64,000 nucleotides of DNA from Zootoca vivipara. Lineage: Eukaryota. Below the pieces are notes generated by a model that had not been told where the DNA came from, searched no databases, and saw only the letters and a program-made list of their open reading frames with translations. The stretch is taken from contig NC_083287.1 of the NCBI RefSeq assembly GCF_963506605.1, forward strand, positions 57,846,001 through 57,910,000. The letters run 5' to 3'. Of the stretch, positions 1 through 12,938 are shown piece by piece. How positions within the stretch are numbered: position 1 is the first letter of the stretch; every line of letters starts with the position of its first letter. The position numbers and the translations under genes are program-made.

Positions 1-550
1 CAATGGAAGGAAAAACAGAGAACCATTTGCCACTTCCAAACCATACATTTAAAGCACCTCTGATACACTTGGCACTTTCATACCTGTACGTCAGACATGC
101 TTACAAACACACTTTTGCTGCATTCGTAGGGTGCATGTTACACTTGCTATAGGGAAATCCCTGGTCTCCCTTAGATTGACACCAGGCAAGCAAATGAGGA
201 GTAAAACAGCAGCCAGAAGGCTTGTTCTTTTATTCAAAAGACTGTTGCAACAGGACTTCCACAGGGCAGAAGCAGGAAGAAGCCCGGAGCAAAGGGATGC
301 TTCCTCTTTCATAAGTTTCCCCCTTTTCCTATAAACACCTTTGGTGAAGCATCATGCACACATCATAGATACATCATACATATGTCACAAACGGGGAGGG
401 GTCTCTGGCAGAACTCATCCACCATGTTCTGCCCCCAACCCTCTCTTGCCCTCCACAAGATACAAAGGAAATCTTAACAAGTTCCTGGGTTTCCTGGTTA
501 GGTAATCACACATCTTTGTCCTGGCCAAGAACTTAATCCATTCTTGGATG

Positions 551-666
551 TTACAGGTAGGTAGCCGTGTTGGTCTGACTTAGTCGAAACAAAAAATAAT
601 AATCCTTCCAGTAGCACCTTAGAGACCAACTAAATTTGTCATAGGTATGAGCTTTCGTGTGCATGC
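551..666 (-). mobile_element. Penelope-like element terminal fragment (solo) with 15-bp TSD
   Basis: ACAGGTAGGTAGCCGTGTTGGTCTG...CACCTTAGAGACCAAC...GTATGAGCTTTCGTGTGCATGCA is the reverse complement of the PLE 3' end seen at 56372-56460. Flanked by ATCCATTCTTGGATG at 536-550 and 667-681. Confidence 0.85.
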
Positions 667-1330
667 ATCCATTCTTGGATGGTTGGCTGTTGTCCATGAG
701 ATGACTCCCTGTCTGGCACCCAATTGCCAGGATCCCAGCCCAGGGATTATCTCTTGCGCAAGAGGCTGCTCTGTACCTGATCCCAGGTTTCACGGATTAT
801 GGCTGCCCACATCCCAGACTCCCCCCTTGGTAGCCTTTCTTTTCCTGAACAGAACAAAGTTGGAATGGCGCAAATCCATACTGGAGCGATTTTATATGAC
901 TTTCTAAATTTTTACCCGTGAGCCAGTACATAGATACATTTGTCAATGAATTGTTGCATTTGGTAATATGCAGCAGAGGCCCTTTGAACAGAGATAGGGA
1001 AACCTGTGATGAAGTGTTTTGTGGGGACATTTGCCGAAGTTATTGTGTTGAGTTTGGGAGTCGGTGTGTGGGTGTGTATGATGTCTGCTGGCAGGGCAAA
1101 CACACAAAGCGCAACCTTTACATGAATTCCTGGAACACACTCCAGATCTATGCATGTGAAATAAGGTCTGCGTGCAGCATAAACAAAACATAACATGTGG
1201 AATGAAACTGCGAGATCTCTGCTGCGCTGTTGTACAAAGTGGAGAGAAACTGCTATGTTGTTTTGCATTCAAGGTCGAGCAGTAGATAGAAACGACTGAT
1301 ATGAAAAACAGATTGTTCTTCCTGCTTATC

Positions 1331-1435
1331 GGGGTTTCCCACACTAGGCAGGGTGTTATTTGAAACAGCACAAATTCTCAGAAATGGTCCTCAGCACATA
1401 GCTTTCGCTTTCGCTGTTTGCTCTGAAAGTTTCCC
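1331..1435. promoter_or_regulatory. Candidate NF-kB/IRF enhancer cluster
   Basis: GGGGTTTCCC (1331-1340, NF-kB consensus), GCTTTCGCTTTC (1401-1412, ISRE/IRF-E) and GAAAGTTTCCC (1425-1435, kB-like) lie within 105 bp of non-repeat DNA. Confidence 0.35.
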
Positions 1436-2819
1436 TGCAGCTTTCTCTGCCTTTCTTGGCCTCCTGAGCAGGGAGAGCCTTCTGACATCTAAACCAGGGA
1501 TATTCCTGCCATGAGGTGGGAGAATGCAAAACCTCAAAGAGCCCCTGTTTTCCAGGGACAGCCCAGGAATTTCATAAGCCATCCCAGTTTCTGATCTGAT
1601 CCTGGAATGCCACCGTTTTCCTTTATCCTCCCCTCGACCTCTTGGAGAACAATTAAAAGTGGTGTGTGTAGGCGCAAAAATGGACTCCTGTTTATCCTGA
1701 AAATAAAATCCCTGCACCAAATGAAGGAAATGGTGATGCTGGCAGACAAAGCCCTTCCTATAATTTTGAAGGGAAAGGTCACCAATCCACTTTCCATTCT
1801 GTAATTGCAATGCTTCAGCGGCCAGCCATTTCTCAGGAAACACGGGGAGTGTTTATTCCTCAATTGAAAATGGAGCCTTGTGCTGTCTACTCATAAGTAA
1901 ATCCTACGGTATTCAATGGTGCTTACTCCCAGTTAACTGAGTAAAGACTAGGCAGCTTTACACTGCAAGCCTAACCATTTTTACTCAGAAGTAAGTCCCA
2001 CTGAGTTGAATAGTATTTACCATGGGGCTGCCCCAACAAATACCAGATAGATGGGCAATGAAAGGGTCTCAAGAACGAGGAGGTGGAATTAGGGATGCAG
2101 TGGAATTAGGGATGCAGGACAAATTTGATCCAGTTCCATTGAAAAGTGAAAATTATTTGGTATGAAGTTGTAAGTGGGACAGGGGGAGGCCAGGAGGAGG
2201 TTAAATATGCTCTCTGTTCCTGTTTTCGAATATGCAAATAATAAAAGAGTTGTTTTCTGGAGATGGGTGTTAAATAATTCCCTTCCCAAATGGTAAAATT
2301 TCTAAACTTTGGGAAGAGGTTCAAGCATGTCTCTCGCTGTGCAGGACCTGGTGTCCAGGCACTCTCTAGGAATTCAATGTACATTTAATTTGCTGTAGGG
2401 CGGTAAATGTGTCTGGCTTAGAAACAGGCCTCTTTCTGTTTCCTGGGCCTTATTCCCAAGAAATGGGTGCAGAATGGCAGTCTATGTTTTGGTTTAGGAT
2501 CAGTGTTTGGGGAAACAGGGTTATTAAGCCTTTGAAAGCTGTCTGTTCACAGTCAGGACCAGCAGGACACTACAGGCTTCCCAGGGCAAGCATAAGATTG
2601 GGGGGGCGGTGGGGAGAGAGACTGAAGCAGCAATGACTGGACACTCTCCAACTTTGTGTTCTGACTTGCCCTCCCCATGGCAGCCCCATTGTGCTCTGCC
2701 CCACACCCCTGCCAGCAATTTTATGACTACCGCCTCCCACCACGCTCTCTCCTAATTCAAAATGTACCCCCCGGTCCCAAAAGGTCAGTGGCCGTTTGAC
2801 CCAGCTTCCATTGAAAGGT

Positions 2820-4561
2820 TGTTGTTGTTTAGTCGTTTAGTCGTGTCTGACTCTTCGTGACCCCATGGACCATAGCACGCCAGGCACTCCTGTCTTGCAC
2901 TGCCTCCCGCAGTTTGGTCAAACTCATGTTCGTAGCTTCGAGAACACTGTCCAACCATCTCGTCCTCTGTCGTCCCCTTCTCCTAGTGCCCTCAATCTTT
3001 CCCAACATCAGGGTCTTTTCCAAGGATTCTTCTCTTCTCATGAGGTGGCCAAAGTATTGGAGCCTCAGCTTCACGATCTGTCCTTCCAGGGAGCACTCAG
3101 GGCTGATTTCCTTAAGAATGGATAGGTTTGATCTTCTTGCAGTCCATGGGACGCTCAAGAGTCTCCTCCAGCACCATAATTCAAAAGCATCAATTCTTCG
3201 GCGATCAGCCTTCTTTATGGTCCAGCTCTCACTTCCATACATCACTACTGGGAAAACCATAGCTTTAACTATACGGACCTTTGTCGGCAAGGTGATGTCT
3301 CTGCTTTTTAAGATGCTGTCTAGGTTTGTCATCGCTTTTCTCCCAAGAAGCAGGCGTCTTTTAATTTCGTGACTGCTGTCACCATCTGCAGTGATCAAGG
3401 AGCCCAAGAAGGTAAAATCTCTCACTGCCTCCATTTCTTCCCCTTCTATTTGCCAGGAGGTGATGGGACCAGTGGCCATGATCTTGGTTTTTTTGATGTT
3501 GAGCTTCAGACCATATTTTGCGCTCTCCTCTTTCACCCTCATTAAAAGGTTCTTTAATTCCTCCTCGCTTTCTGCCATCAAGGTTGTGTCATCTGCATAT
3601 CTAAGTTTGTTGATATTCCTTCTGGCAATCTTAATTCCGGCTTGGGATTCATCTAGTCCAGCCTTTCGCATGATGAATTCTGCATATAAGTTAAATAAGC
3701 AGGGAGACAATATACAACCTTGTCGTACTCCTTTCCCAATTTTGAACCAATCAGTTGTTCCATATCCAGTTCTAACTGTAGCTTCTTGTCCCACATAGAG
3801 ATTTCTCAGGAGACAGATGAGGTGATCAGGCACTCCCATTTCTTTAAGAACTTGCCATAGTTTGCTGTGGTCGACACAGTCAAAGGCTTTTGCATAGTCA
3901 ATGAAGCAGAAGTAGACGTTTTTCTGGAACTCTCTAGCTTTCTCCATAATCCAGCGCATGTTTGCTATTTGGTCTCTGGTTCCTCTGCCCTTTCAAAATC
4001 CAGCTTGCACTTCTGGGAGTTCTCGGTCCACATACTGCCTAAGCCTGCCTTGTAGAATTTTAAGCATAACCTTGCTAGCGTGTGAAATGAGCGCAATTGT
4101 GCGGTAGTTGGAGCATTCTTTGGCACTACCCTTCTTTGGAATTGGGATGTAGACTGATCTTCTCCAATCCTCTGGCCATTGCTGAGTTTTCCAAACTTGC
4201 TGGCATATTGGGTGTAGCACCTTAACAGCATCATCTTTTAAAATTTTAAATAGTTCAGCTGGAATATCATCACTTCCACTGGCCTTGTTATTAGCAGTGC
4301 TTTCTAAGGCCCATTTGACTTCACTCTCCAAGATGTCTGGCTCAAGGTCAGCAACCACACTACCTGGGGTGTACCAAACCTCCATGTCTTTCTGGTATAA
4401 TTCCTCTGTGTATTCTTGCCACCTCTTCTTGATGTCTTCTGCTTCTGTTAGGTCCTTACCACTTTTGTCCTTGATTATGGTAATCTTTGTACGAAATGTT
4501 CCTTTCATATCTCCAATTTTCTTGAACAGATCTCTGGTTTTCCCCATTCTATTGTTTTCCT
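2820..4561 (-). mobile_element. Bov-B (RTE-clade LINE), 5'-truncated, RT region
   Basis: ORFs 3993-4709 and 2829-3959 are in one frame, split by a single TGA (GF*KGRGTRDQ). Motifs FIDYAKAFD, GVRQGCILSP, LRYADD, C-terminus VHGVTKS.TRLND and a (CAA)n tail. Flanked by a ~250-bp direct duplication (2570-2819 / 4562-4809). Confidence 0.95.
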
Positions 4562-5790
4562 CTACAGGCTTCCCAGGGCAAGCATAAGATTGGGGGGCGG
4601 TGGGGAGAGAGACTGAAGCAGCAATGACAGGACACTCTCCAACTTTGTGTTCTGACTTGCCCTCCCCATGGCAGCCCCATTGTGCTCTGCCCCACACCCC
4701 TGCCAGCAATTTTATGACTACCGCCTCCCACCATGCTCTCTCCTAATTCAAAATGTACCCCCGGTCCCAAAAGGTCAGTGGCTGTTTGACCCAGCTTCCA
4801 TTGAAAGGTGGAAATAATAAATTTCCACTTTCCAAAGCAAAATGAAACACAGCCAATCTCTGAAATCCTCGCTTTGTTTGTGACGCAGTTCTGCAGCCGG
4901 AGTTCGCAAGAATGCATATAACTGTGAAAATGACATACAAAGATGCATTTTATTAGGAACAATGTCTTGCAAAGAATGTTTGTAATTTACAAAGGTGTTT
5001 GTTAGGGAAAATTGACACAAAAGTACAGCTAAACTTTCATAATGGTTCAAAAATAAAAATAAAGCATTTCCCGTTTAAGACGGGGAAAATGAGAAACTGA
5101 GAGAAGTGAAGTGGATCGATGTATCCATTCCCATGTGGGGTTTTGGAAACTGCGGACAGTTATGCTATTATTTTCATAAAATTCCTTTACCTCTTTATTG
5201 TAAAAAAACCTCAAAGCGCTTTGAAAAATAATAAAACAACAGGATTATGATTAATAACAATGAAAACACCCACAAATTAAAACCAGCGGCAAACTACAAA
5301 CGTATCAGCATTCTAAATATGTGAGTAGCCTTGTCTAAACAAAAATGTTTTTCACAGGCGGGGGGAAAAAGTTAGCAAAATTGCCTGCCTGATGTCAATA
5401 GGCAGGGAGTCTTGGTGCCGCCACCCCAAAAGAACGATTTCTTATTAATGCAGAAGAGATATTAGGTGGCACCTGGAACTGTGCCCATTCTGCCAATCAA
5501 AGCCGTCCAGAGACCACATGTGGGGTCAGGCGATCTCAGGGCTAAACTGCTCCCAAACTGTTAAGGGGTTCATATCCTGAGAGCGAAACCTTGAACTTGG
5601 CCTGGCGGCAAATCGGGAGCCAGGGCAGGTCTCTGAGACCAGGCGTCCTAGGCTGACAAGCACCCGCTGCTGTCAACAATGGTGGAATCCTGCACTCATT
5701 GCAACTTCCAGATTAGGCACAAAGCAAGCCCCACATATTTTAGAAAGAAAGAAACGAAACATTATAAACTAGATGATATAAGAGCAGCCT

Positions 5791-6419
5791 TCAATTCTTT
5801 TTCTTTTTCCTTTCCCCCTCTTTCCCTTTATCTGTGCAGGGCCCTGATCCATCCTCGTGAAGCATCTGCTGGAGATTTTCCATCAGCCTGGAGACCTCCT
5901 CCTTCTCTTCTCCAGCTGCCTTGTTATTCAAAGCAAAGCAGCGATTCCTACAATCCTTAACCAGTTTCAGGAGCGCCTTGTTTTCGGACTTCTCCACATA
6001 GTCCTCCAAGGATTCACCTTTCAAATCCTCTTTGTGGGTGAACAAGACAACCATGCGCTTCCTGAACTTCTTCTTCCCAAACACCTTCTCAACATTTTCA
6101 GCAGTTTTCTTGTCTTCCAGAGTGAAACGGCCCACGGTGATCACAAAGACCAGAACGTAAGGACTGGACTTGCAGAGGTTTTTGATCTCTCGCTTGTGTT
6201 TTGCAAAAGATTCTGAACTAGAGACAGCGGGCGTGTCAATCACAGAAAACCTCTGGCCATTAAAATCCCCACTCTCCTTCTCGACCTTCTGAGTTATTGG
6301 CTTTGCAGAAAAAGCCGAGCGAAATCTCTCCCGTCTGAGGAGGGTGTTCCCTGTGGCACTTTTTCCCACGCCGGCCTTGCCAAGAAGGACGATACACAGT
6401 TCCGATTCTTCCTTGTCCC
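5791..6419 (-). CDS. GIMAP/AIG1-family GTPase, main coding exon (gene A, about 216 aa with the predicted 9056-9077 exon)
   Basis: ELCIVLLGKAGVGKSATGNT (G1), VIDTP (G3), VGRFT conserved box, VLFTHKEDL (G4), CRNRCFALNN. Phase-1 acceptor TTTCTAATTCACAG|GG. Ends ERKKKKN*. Confidence 0.9.
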
Positions 6420-7229
6420 CTGTGAATTAGAAAGATCACAACCTATTCGAGCCCACGGCTCCCTTGACCAACCACATTCTTGCAGTGGATTCCCTGGGAG
6501 GCTTTGTTACACGTAAGGGGGGAGTCCCCTATTCCTCCCCATCCATTTTCTTTCTTTTTAAATAATTTTAAAAATAATTGTACCTTTATGATTTGACATA
6601 GCATAGCACCCCGCGTCCCTGCCCCCACATTCTGCAGTGAGTGGCAGTTATTGGACAACCTGCGGGTGGTGGCCAATCCCCCCTCCAACCCTGGGGGGTT
6701 TGGCAGGAATAACTACCCCCATATGACCCCTGAATACCTGCACTACTGGGGTCCGGTGTCCTGGAAATGCAGCCCAAACCCATGGCAGGAACCTGGAAGT
6801 CAAGCTGAGTGGCTCTTGAGCAGGTGGGGGGAGGTTTCCTGGGGGGAGAGGGAGAGAAAAAGAAGGGGGAGGGATATTGGGGGTAGAAGGAAAGAGAAGC
6901 ACAGAAAACACACCTCACTTTCAGGGTTATTTTAAAAATCCCTCCTTTTAGGGCGCACACACATCCAGCCACACACACCATCAACCTTCTTTCCTATTTC
7001 CTTGCATTTCTCATGCCCTCTGTGCAAAACTAAGGAACGGTTAGTTAAGCTGGGGAGGATTTTTGTTTTGGGGGGGATTTAAAGAAGATAAACATGCAGG
7101 AAGATAATGGACTGCAAGTTAATAAAAAGATAGATAGATATAAAAGGTAAAAGGTAAAAAGGTATTAGCAGGGGCCCAAGAATTGCCACCAGGATCAAGT
7201 CCATTTCCAAATTAGTCCACGGTCAGTTA

Positions 7230-7545
7230 CCAAATTTTTGATATTTCTTAACCAATTGGACATACTATATAATGAAATTAAGAAAAACTTTAAAGGAACT
7301 TTTCCCAAGAGGCCCAAATCCTTTCTGCTTGGGATACTGGACGGGAAAATCCCGAAGGAAGTCTCAACGGTATTTATGTATGTGGCTACAGAGGCAAAGA
7401 TTCTCTATGCACAAAAATGGAAGGAGGAGGGAACGCCCTCAAAGGAAGAAGGGCGGGTGAAAATCTTGAAACATGCAGAGATGGCAAAATGGATGTCACT
7501 GAGGAAAGCCATAAATCTGGAATCTTCCAAAGAAGACTGGAAGCC
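7230..7545 (+). mobile_element. L1/Tx1-like ORF2 C-terminal fragment
   Basis: ORF 7238: YNEIKK..PKSFLLG...FMYVATEAKILYAQKWK..P, similar to the L1 ORF2 tail at 62500-62820. Confidence 0.7.
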
Positions 7546-7774
7546 CTTTCCGCTCTACAGGCTCTTCTTACGCTCTTCTGTTCGATCAAGTTGGGTATTT
7601 TATTGTTTCTCCATTACAGTATTAATTATGGCATATTCTGGGTTGTGTAGGGATGGACCTGCTCTAAGACCTTTGGGTAGGTTACAGAAAATACGACACA
7701 TATTTTTTATTATTTATTTAGATCCTGGTTCTCCCCCCCTTGCCCCATTGAGCTCAGTGCAGCACACCTGGTCC

Positions 7775-7918
7775 TCCCCTTCCTCATTTGATCCCCACAA
7801 CAACCCTGTGAGGTAGGTTAGGCAGAGAGGCGGTGACTGGCCCCCAAGGCCACACCCAGTGAGCTTCTGGGATTTGAACCCTGGTCTTAGGCCAACGCTC
7901 TAACCACTACACCACACT
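7775..7918 (-). mobile_element. tRNA-derived CORE-type SINE (MIR/Squam3-like) fragment
   Basis: CACAACAACCCTGTGAGGTAGG core, GGGATTTGAACCC box-B-like motif and CTAACCACTACACCACA tRNA-like head (reverse). Confidence 0.6.
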
Positions 7919-8824
7919 CTCTGCAAACGACAGAGTTATGGCAGTACGAACGATCGCAAGCCACTTCCTGTGGCAGATTTTAATTTTTTTCAGTCCAATC
8001 CCCAGGAAAATCCCACTTATTTCTTTATTTCCGTGGATGTGCAGATTTACAGAACACATTCGAAAGCCACCAGCATGACACACATGAAGAGGAAGTGTTT
8101 GACAAATTCAAAAGACCACACAACCATTAAACTGATTTCAATCCAGACATTTCTACAATTGTGCAGTTGAAGCGTCATGAAATGACTGGGCCAGACTTCA
8201 GGCAAAAAATGCTTCTAAATGTGTCTAGAGATGGAATCCACTCCCGTGCTTGGTCACCTGAGCCTGAGGGTAAAACTCTGTGGCATCAGGAATGAGAGCA
8301 AAACTGATCCTACCACAAATTCTTCCAATAATTTAAAAAAACATTTTGGCCATAGAAATACTCCAAATCTTGAGTTTTGTTTCCTTCTTCTATATGCAAT
8401 TACTTAATTTTTTTCTGGGCTGAGTTGTGGCACTCAAAACAGGTTCTGAGGGTAAGCCCTGCCTCAAATCAGTTCTCTCACCCTCTCATTTTGACAATCT
8501 TAAATACAGCTCTCCAAATTTGTGCAAATCTACATTTAAAATAAATGAATAAACAAACCTCATGTAAATTCAGCAGCATTTAGTGCAAATCTCTCCTTAC
8601 AAAACAATTTTCTATGTACACATTCTTGCAAACAATTTTCCCCAACATATTGCTTGCATTTTTTTTTAATTTTTCTTTTTAGTAATATATGTATTTTATT
8701 TCACATACCCCCTTGCTTTTTGCATTTTCATAAACGTTTGGCTGGAGACCTGCATCCCAAAATTCAGAGAAGTGTGGCTATGTTTCACTTTCCATCTTAT
8801 TTCAGAAAGTGCAAATTATGAAGG

Positions 8825-8934
8825 CAGCCCTGTTTAGGGAAGTTTTAATACTTGATGAATTGTTGTGATTTTAATCTTTTGTTGGAAACCGCCCAGAGTG
8901 GCTGGGGAAACCTAGCCAGATGGGCAGGGTATAA

Positions 8935-8990
<56 letters not shown>
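8825..8990 (+). mobile_element. L2 LINE 3' tail with (AAT)n
   Basis: AAGGCAGCCCTGTTTAGGGAAGTTTT...CCCAGAGTGGCTGGGGAAACC.AGCCAGATGGGCAGGGTATAAAT(AAT)n, the same tail as the L2 at 37500-39220. Confidence 0.8.
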
Positions 8991-9055
8991 GCTCAATTTT
9001 AAATGTGAACTGAATTCCTCCCCCCCCCCCCCGTCCCTATCCTCACATAAAGTAC

Positions 9056-9077
9056 CCTTTCGTGAGCCAGGTTTCAT
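9056..9077 (-). CDS. Predicted short first coding exon of GIMAP gene A (MKPGSRK-G)
   Basis: ATGAAACCTGGCTCACGAAAGG|GTACTT is a phase-1 donor matching the phase-1 acceptor at 6419. Upstream acceptor CTGCTAG|TTG at 9114. Typical GIMAP short-exon plus long-exon layout. Confidence 0.5.
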
Positions 9078-9431
9078 CCTGTCCTCATGCAAACGTCCCC
9101 TTGGATGGCTTCAACTAGCAGATTACAAATGCCTATTTTGATTTCTTCATCCCAACAATGCTTTGCCCTTAACTGGACACCTTGAGCCGCAGTCCTAAAC
9201 ATTGAGCAATGCGGACAGAATTGCACCCTGAAAAAACTAATGGGCTTGGACTCCTTTGCCTGCCCCCCCTTCCCCAGTGGCTTCCTTCTCTTCCTCCTAC
9301 CTCTTTGGAGATCACAAGTATTGTCTCTTCATCTGTGGATTTTTCCTATTTCTGCTCTGCTCTGCCTGCTGCTCCTTCCTCCGCTCTCCCTGAAATCGTC
9401 TGGCTTGGGAGACGAACTTTCGCTCGGAGCT

Positions 9432-9443
9432 GAAAATGAAAGT
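9432..9443 (-). promoter_or_regulatory. ISRE/IRF-binding element of GIMAP gene A
   Basis: GAAAATGAAAGT (sense ACTTTCATTTTC), 131 bp upstream of a candidate non-coding-exon donor GAG|GTAGGA at 9301/9300. Confidence 0.55.
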
Positions 9444-9992
9444 TCACGGGGCAGAATCAATTCGGTTTCCTGAAGCAGAGCAGGGGACACCCCCTGGCTG
9501 CCCGAGACAGAAGCAGGTTGGGTGGGGAAAGGCTGTGCAAGGGAGAGAGTGAGACTGCAAGTGACAGGCAGCCGAATCCTGTACATGCATTCTCCAAAGC
9601 CACCGAGTCCACTGGGCTCGATTCAGGACACGTGGGCAGAGGAAAGAGAGCAGAGAGAGAAACGTTTCCCTTCCCTCTCTCATAAGAACTTGTGGACATT
9701 CCCATTTGCAAAATGCTCCCTAACCTGCAGGTTGGAGCAGAGCTGAGCTACTTTCCAGAGAGAAACTGCTTTGCTGCTTCAGAACTGATAAGCCATTTCT
9801 TATCTCAAGTCTTGAAAATAGACCTGCAGGAGAGGCTTGTCTCAGAAGAAAGCGGCCCTTTCTTCTCTTAAAAAAAGAGAGAGGAATATTTCTGTACTGT
9901 ATTTTATTCCTTAGAGTAAGAATCTTAGAATTGTAGAATTGTTCCCGGGATGATGCCAAGGATCATCTAGTCCAACCCCCTGCAATGCAGGA

Positions 9993-10823
9993 ATGCGGTT
10001 GGAGGATGGATGGCAGCTAACAGATTGAGGTTGAATCCTGACTATGCAAAAGTACTGTTTTGGGGGGGACAGGGGGCTGGCGGGTGTGAGGGACTCCCTG
10101 GTCCTGAATGGGGCAACTGTGCCCCTGAAGGACCAGGTGCGCAGCCTGGGAGTCATTTTGGACTCACAGCTGTCCATGGAGGCGCAGGTCAATTCTGTGT
10201 CCAGGGCAGCTGTTTATCAGCTCTATCTGGCACACAGGATGAGACCCTACCTGCCTATGGACTGTCTCACCAGAGTGGTGCATGCTCTGGTTATCTCCCG
10301 CTTGGACTACTGCAATGCGCTCTATGTGGGACTACCTTTGAAGGTGACCTGGAAACTACAACTAATCCAGAATGCGGCAGCTAGACTGGTGACTGGGAGA
10401 GGCCGCAGAGAGAGACCACATTACACCGGTCTTGAAAGATCTCCATTGGCTCCCAGTATGTTTCCAAGCACAATTCAAAGTGTTGGTGCTGACCTTTAAA
10501 GCCCTAAACGGCCTCGGCCCAGTATACCTGAAGGAGCGTCTCCACCCCAATTGTTCAGCCCGGACACTGAAGTCCAGCGCCGAGGGCCTTCTGGCGGTTC
10601 CCTCGCTACGAGAAGCCAAGTTACAGGGAACCAGACAGAGAGCCTTCTTGGTAGTGGCACCCACCCTGTGGAACACCCTCTCACCAGATGTCAAGGCAAT
10701 AAGCAACTATCCTACTTTTAAAAGACATCTGAAGGCAGCCCTGTTTAGGGAAGTTTTTAATATTTAATGCTGTGTTGTGTTTTTAATATTCGATTGAGAG
10801 CCACCCAGAATGGGCGGGGTATA

Positions 10824-10872
<49 letters not shown>
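9993..10872 (+). mobile_element. L2 LINE 3' part
   Basis: WMAANRLRLNP, SRLDYCNALYVGLP, LQLIQNAAARLV, LHWLPV, RAF..VAPTLWN.L, FKRHLKAALFRE and an (AAT)n tail. Confidence 0.9.
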
Positions 10873-11390
10873 GTTTGCTGTATATTCTGTGCAATTATTA
10901 TTATTATTACTATCGGTTGCCGTATATTCCTATCAGCACCATGCTTGTCTGTCATCAGGAGAATTTAGGGAGGGTAAATTGTGCGCAGGCAAAAGGGTTA
11001 AACACCAGCTTCTCTGTATTCTGAACACACACCCTCTCCAAACCATTTTTCTTCCTCTTTTCAAAATTTCTTTATGGACACTCATTCATGCTTGTTTGTG
11101 ACTTTTACTCAGTCCGTGGTCGACATCACACATTGAAAGAACGGTAAAAGCACATGACTTCCTTTGAGGAATCCTGGGAACTGTAGTTCACCTCTCACAG
11201 AGCAGCAATTCCCAGACACCCTTCACAAACTCCAGTTCCCATAATTCTCTGTGGGAAATCATGCAGTTTAAAAGGACCGTGTCCAGTCAGCCCCAATCAC
11301 CTATTTGTCAAGTGGGAATAATTATGGTTTGCCACCCAGATCAAAATCCTTCCCATTAATTAACAAGTGGGGATTTTGATCTGCATTGGC

Positions 11391-11720
11391 TAGGGCTGGG
11401 CAATATCTAGTTTTCATCACTGCAATGTATCACCAGCTAAATGTCTGAAATAAGGATGGAGCTATATAGATGTGAACAGATATCTGGTTTTCAACATTGC
11501 CATATATCTCCAGCTAAACACACATGATATACCGATATATCACAACGTCTGAAATACGGATGGAACTTAGCTGGCTTCATGGTTTCCCCCAGATTGTGAT
11601 TTCTGCAAAGCACACACACACACCATGATTTGCAATATATTGCCTGGTCAAATATTACGAAAACGATTATCACAATACGGACTTCAAACCAGTTTAGGGC
11701 AATATATCGCCCAGCCCTAG
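11391..11720. mobile_element. hAT-type MITE
   Basis: Terminal inverted repeats TAGGGCTGGGCAATAT ... ATATATCGCCCAGCCCTA with internal repeated ATATATC motifs. The 8-bp TSD is degenerate. Confidence 0.65.
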
Positions 11721-12060
11721 TACTGCCTTTGATAAGGTTCATATACGTGAGGTCGTTTTCCTTGTTTGCATACGTGAAATTGTTTTATATGTGCTTTTAT
11801 TGTTATGTTTCTCCTGTTCAATTGATTTGACGTGTGATTCAGAAATGGAACGAACTGATGCAATCCATCATTAATCAATCAAATCTTTATTACGGCCATA
11901 GACCAGCATAAGTCAGGGTGGGGTACAATCGTTTAGAATCTGTAAAACATTTTGGAAAGCTAAAAAGTATTAAAAGAGAAGTCATATCTAAAAGACTTTG
12001 TTTATTTGTTGATTCATTTGTTTTTCTCCTGACACCTCATAAGAAGCTGGTGGGCTGGCT

Positions 12061-12797
12061 TTAAAAATCCCCGGCTCTGCTAATGGGGAGATATTGAGAG
12101 AAACTATTACGATAGTAAAGAAAGAGATAAAGGCCTACACCACCCGCACATATGAAGAGGAATATTGTTCTGTAGCTGAAACCAAGCGCTGCCTCCATGA
12201 TGGGCGTCTCCAGGTATGGCCTTGCATTCCCCTGGACCATCTCCACAACCATCTCCATCAGCTCAGAGACCTGGTCCTTTCGTTCTTCTACTGCTGCCCT
12301 GTTATTAAAAGCGCAGAAGCGTCCCCCACATTCTTGGACCAGCTTCCGGAGAGCCTCATTCTCTGACTGCATCACGTAATCCTGCAAAGAGTTGCCTTCT
12401 AAGACTTCTTTGCGGGTGAACAAGAGGATGGTGTGCTTCATGGCCTCCGTCCCAAACATGTCCCGGACTCGCTGGGCTGCCTCCTTGTCCTCCGCGGTGA
12501 AGCGACCCACTTGGGTCACAAACACGAGCGCGTGAGGGCCAGGCTGAGAGAGGTCGAGGCAACGCTTGGTCTCCTGGTCCAGCCTTTCATCGCAAGCTCC
12601 TGTGCCCAAAATATCCGCTGTGTCAACCACGGACACGGCATAGCCTCTCCAAATGCAAGACGCCTTTTCGCAGGCCAAGGTGGTTGTCCTGGCCTGAAGT
12701 TTCGAATCAAAGAGCTTCTGGCCAAGGATAGTGTTTCCTGTGGCGCTTTTGCCGCCTCCAGTCTTGCCCACAAGGACGATCCTCAGTTCTTGATTTC
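12061..12797 (-). CDS. GIMAP GTPase with C-terminal transmembrane anchor (GIMAP1/5-like architecture), main coding exon (gene B, 251 aa with exon 14609-14627)
   Basis: ELRIVLVGKTGGGKSATGNTILG, VVDT, PGPHALVFVTQVGRFT, LLFTRKE, CGGRFCAFNN. Hydrophobic tail TIFLFICAGGVGLYLFLYY. Phase-1 acceptor CCGCAG|GA. Confidence 0.9.
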
Positions 12798-12938
12798 CTG
12801 CGGGTTTTGAAAGACAGCGAAGATCTGGTCAGCAAAAATATCAGAGCAACCACTTCTAGTGGGATCCCTCTTAATATGTGATTGTTGAGAATTACCTTGT
12901 TTTCTGATCCTCACAGAGACTGAATGCATATGTAAAGC

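Noticed and set aside
2857-3798. Plus-strand ORFs over Bov-B (also 50967-51482)
   Set aside because: Antisense shadows of the RT frame.
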